From IMG/VR virus record IMGVR_UViG_3300037805_000894: DNA of 64,000 bases; one strand, given 5' to 3'. A program made the position numbers and the translations under genes. The notes beneath the pieces are model-generated. The model had not been told where the DNA came from. It ran no database searches and saw nothing but the letters and a program-made list of their open reading frames with translations. Positions 63,497 to 64,000 of the stretch are shown here, in pieces. Position 1 is the stretch's first letter, and every line of letters starts with the position of its first letter. Source of the DNA: a virus.

Positions 63497-64000
63497 CTAA
63501 AGCTCACAAACGCCAGACTTACAATTAACATCTTGAATATCATCTTCATTAGTAGAAGCTTTCATAATCTTAAGGTGAGCCTCGATAACTTCCTGATTGT
63601 CAGTAGGTATAACCTCTAAAGGTTCGTTCCCCTTTGAACCTGCACGATAAACAGTAAACCCTTTAACATAAGGAGCATACTCTAAAATTACTTCTTTCAA
63701 ATCAGCATACGTATAGTGGGCAGGGACATTACAAGTTTTGCTTAAAGCGGAATCTATAAACTTCTGAATTGTAGCTTGCACTTTAATATGTTCTTCAGGG
63801 TTAACATCATATGCTCCTACAAAATTTGAAATATCTTTTCCTTCTAGATAGTATTTCTCAAAAAGGGGATCCATGATAATTTTTTCTTTTTGAACTCCCC
63901 CTTCCTGGTAACGTCTTTTATACATAGGAGCAAAAATAGGCTCAATACCAGAGGAAACTCCTGCTAACATACTAATAGTACCTGTAGGAGCTACCGTAAG
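63497..64000 (-). CDS. nrdJ: second class II ribonucleotide reductase (C-terminal part; runs off the window)
   Basis: LTVAPTGTISMLAGVSSGIEPIFAP, QKFIDSALSKTCN, KGFTVYRAGS, CKSGVCEL. Confidence 0.9.
   Translation of the reverse strand, partial: LTVAPTGTISMLAGVSSGIEPIFAPMYKRRYQEGGVQKEKIIMDPLFEKYYLEGKDISNFVGAYDVNPEEHIKVQATIQKFIDSALSKTCNVPAHYTYADLKEVILEYAPYVKGFTVYRAGSKGNEPLEVIPTDNQEVIEAHLKIMKASTNEDDIQDVNCKSGVCEL

Noticed and set aside
1-64000. Alternative genetic code (stop-codon reassignment)
   Set aside because: Very long ORFs are intact in the standard code, and TAG, TGA and TAA all end genes at sensible boundaries
63497-64000. Terminal or inverted repeat, or assembly duplication of nrdJ
   Set aside because: The two copies are clearly diverged at both nucleotide and protein level

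Overview
The window is part of a large, AT-rich, standard-code tailed dsDNA phage genome with a contractile-tail-type gene set (jumbo-phage-like). From left to right it holds: (1) an SF2 helicase, a degenerate DNA methyltransferase-like gene and a class II ribonucleotide reductase (nrdJ). (2) A tail/baseplate operon with a tail chaperone pair joined by a -1 frameshift, a tape-measure-like gene, a hub-like gene, an embedded group-3 sigma factor, and gp25-like and baseplate-J-like genes. (3) Two giant virion-type genes of 3135 and 5148 aa (GH5-like barrel, Cys-rich GACC motifs, Ig/Big_5, CBM-like and LamG domains). (4) Between those two genes, a 5.5 kb minus-strand island. It carries an i-type lysozyme, a T7-like PolA, unannotated mini-proteins, and cassettes that each start at one repeated promoter (YTAAA-N16/17-GGYATAA). 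(5) An accessory arm with basic virion-type proteins, a MORC/GHKL ATPase-nuclease fusion, a metallophosphoesterase, dUTPase and a second, diverged nrdJ. The most novel signal is the island. The repeated promoter drives two ORF-free, multi-branched structured RNAs with the same architecture. A related -10 box precedes a third structured leader holding a perfect Shine-Dalgarno, a 3-codon minigene and an anti-SD. All family calls come from motifs read by eye; no database searches or folding programs were run.
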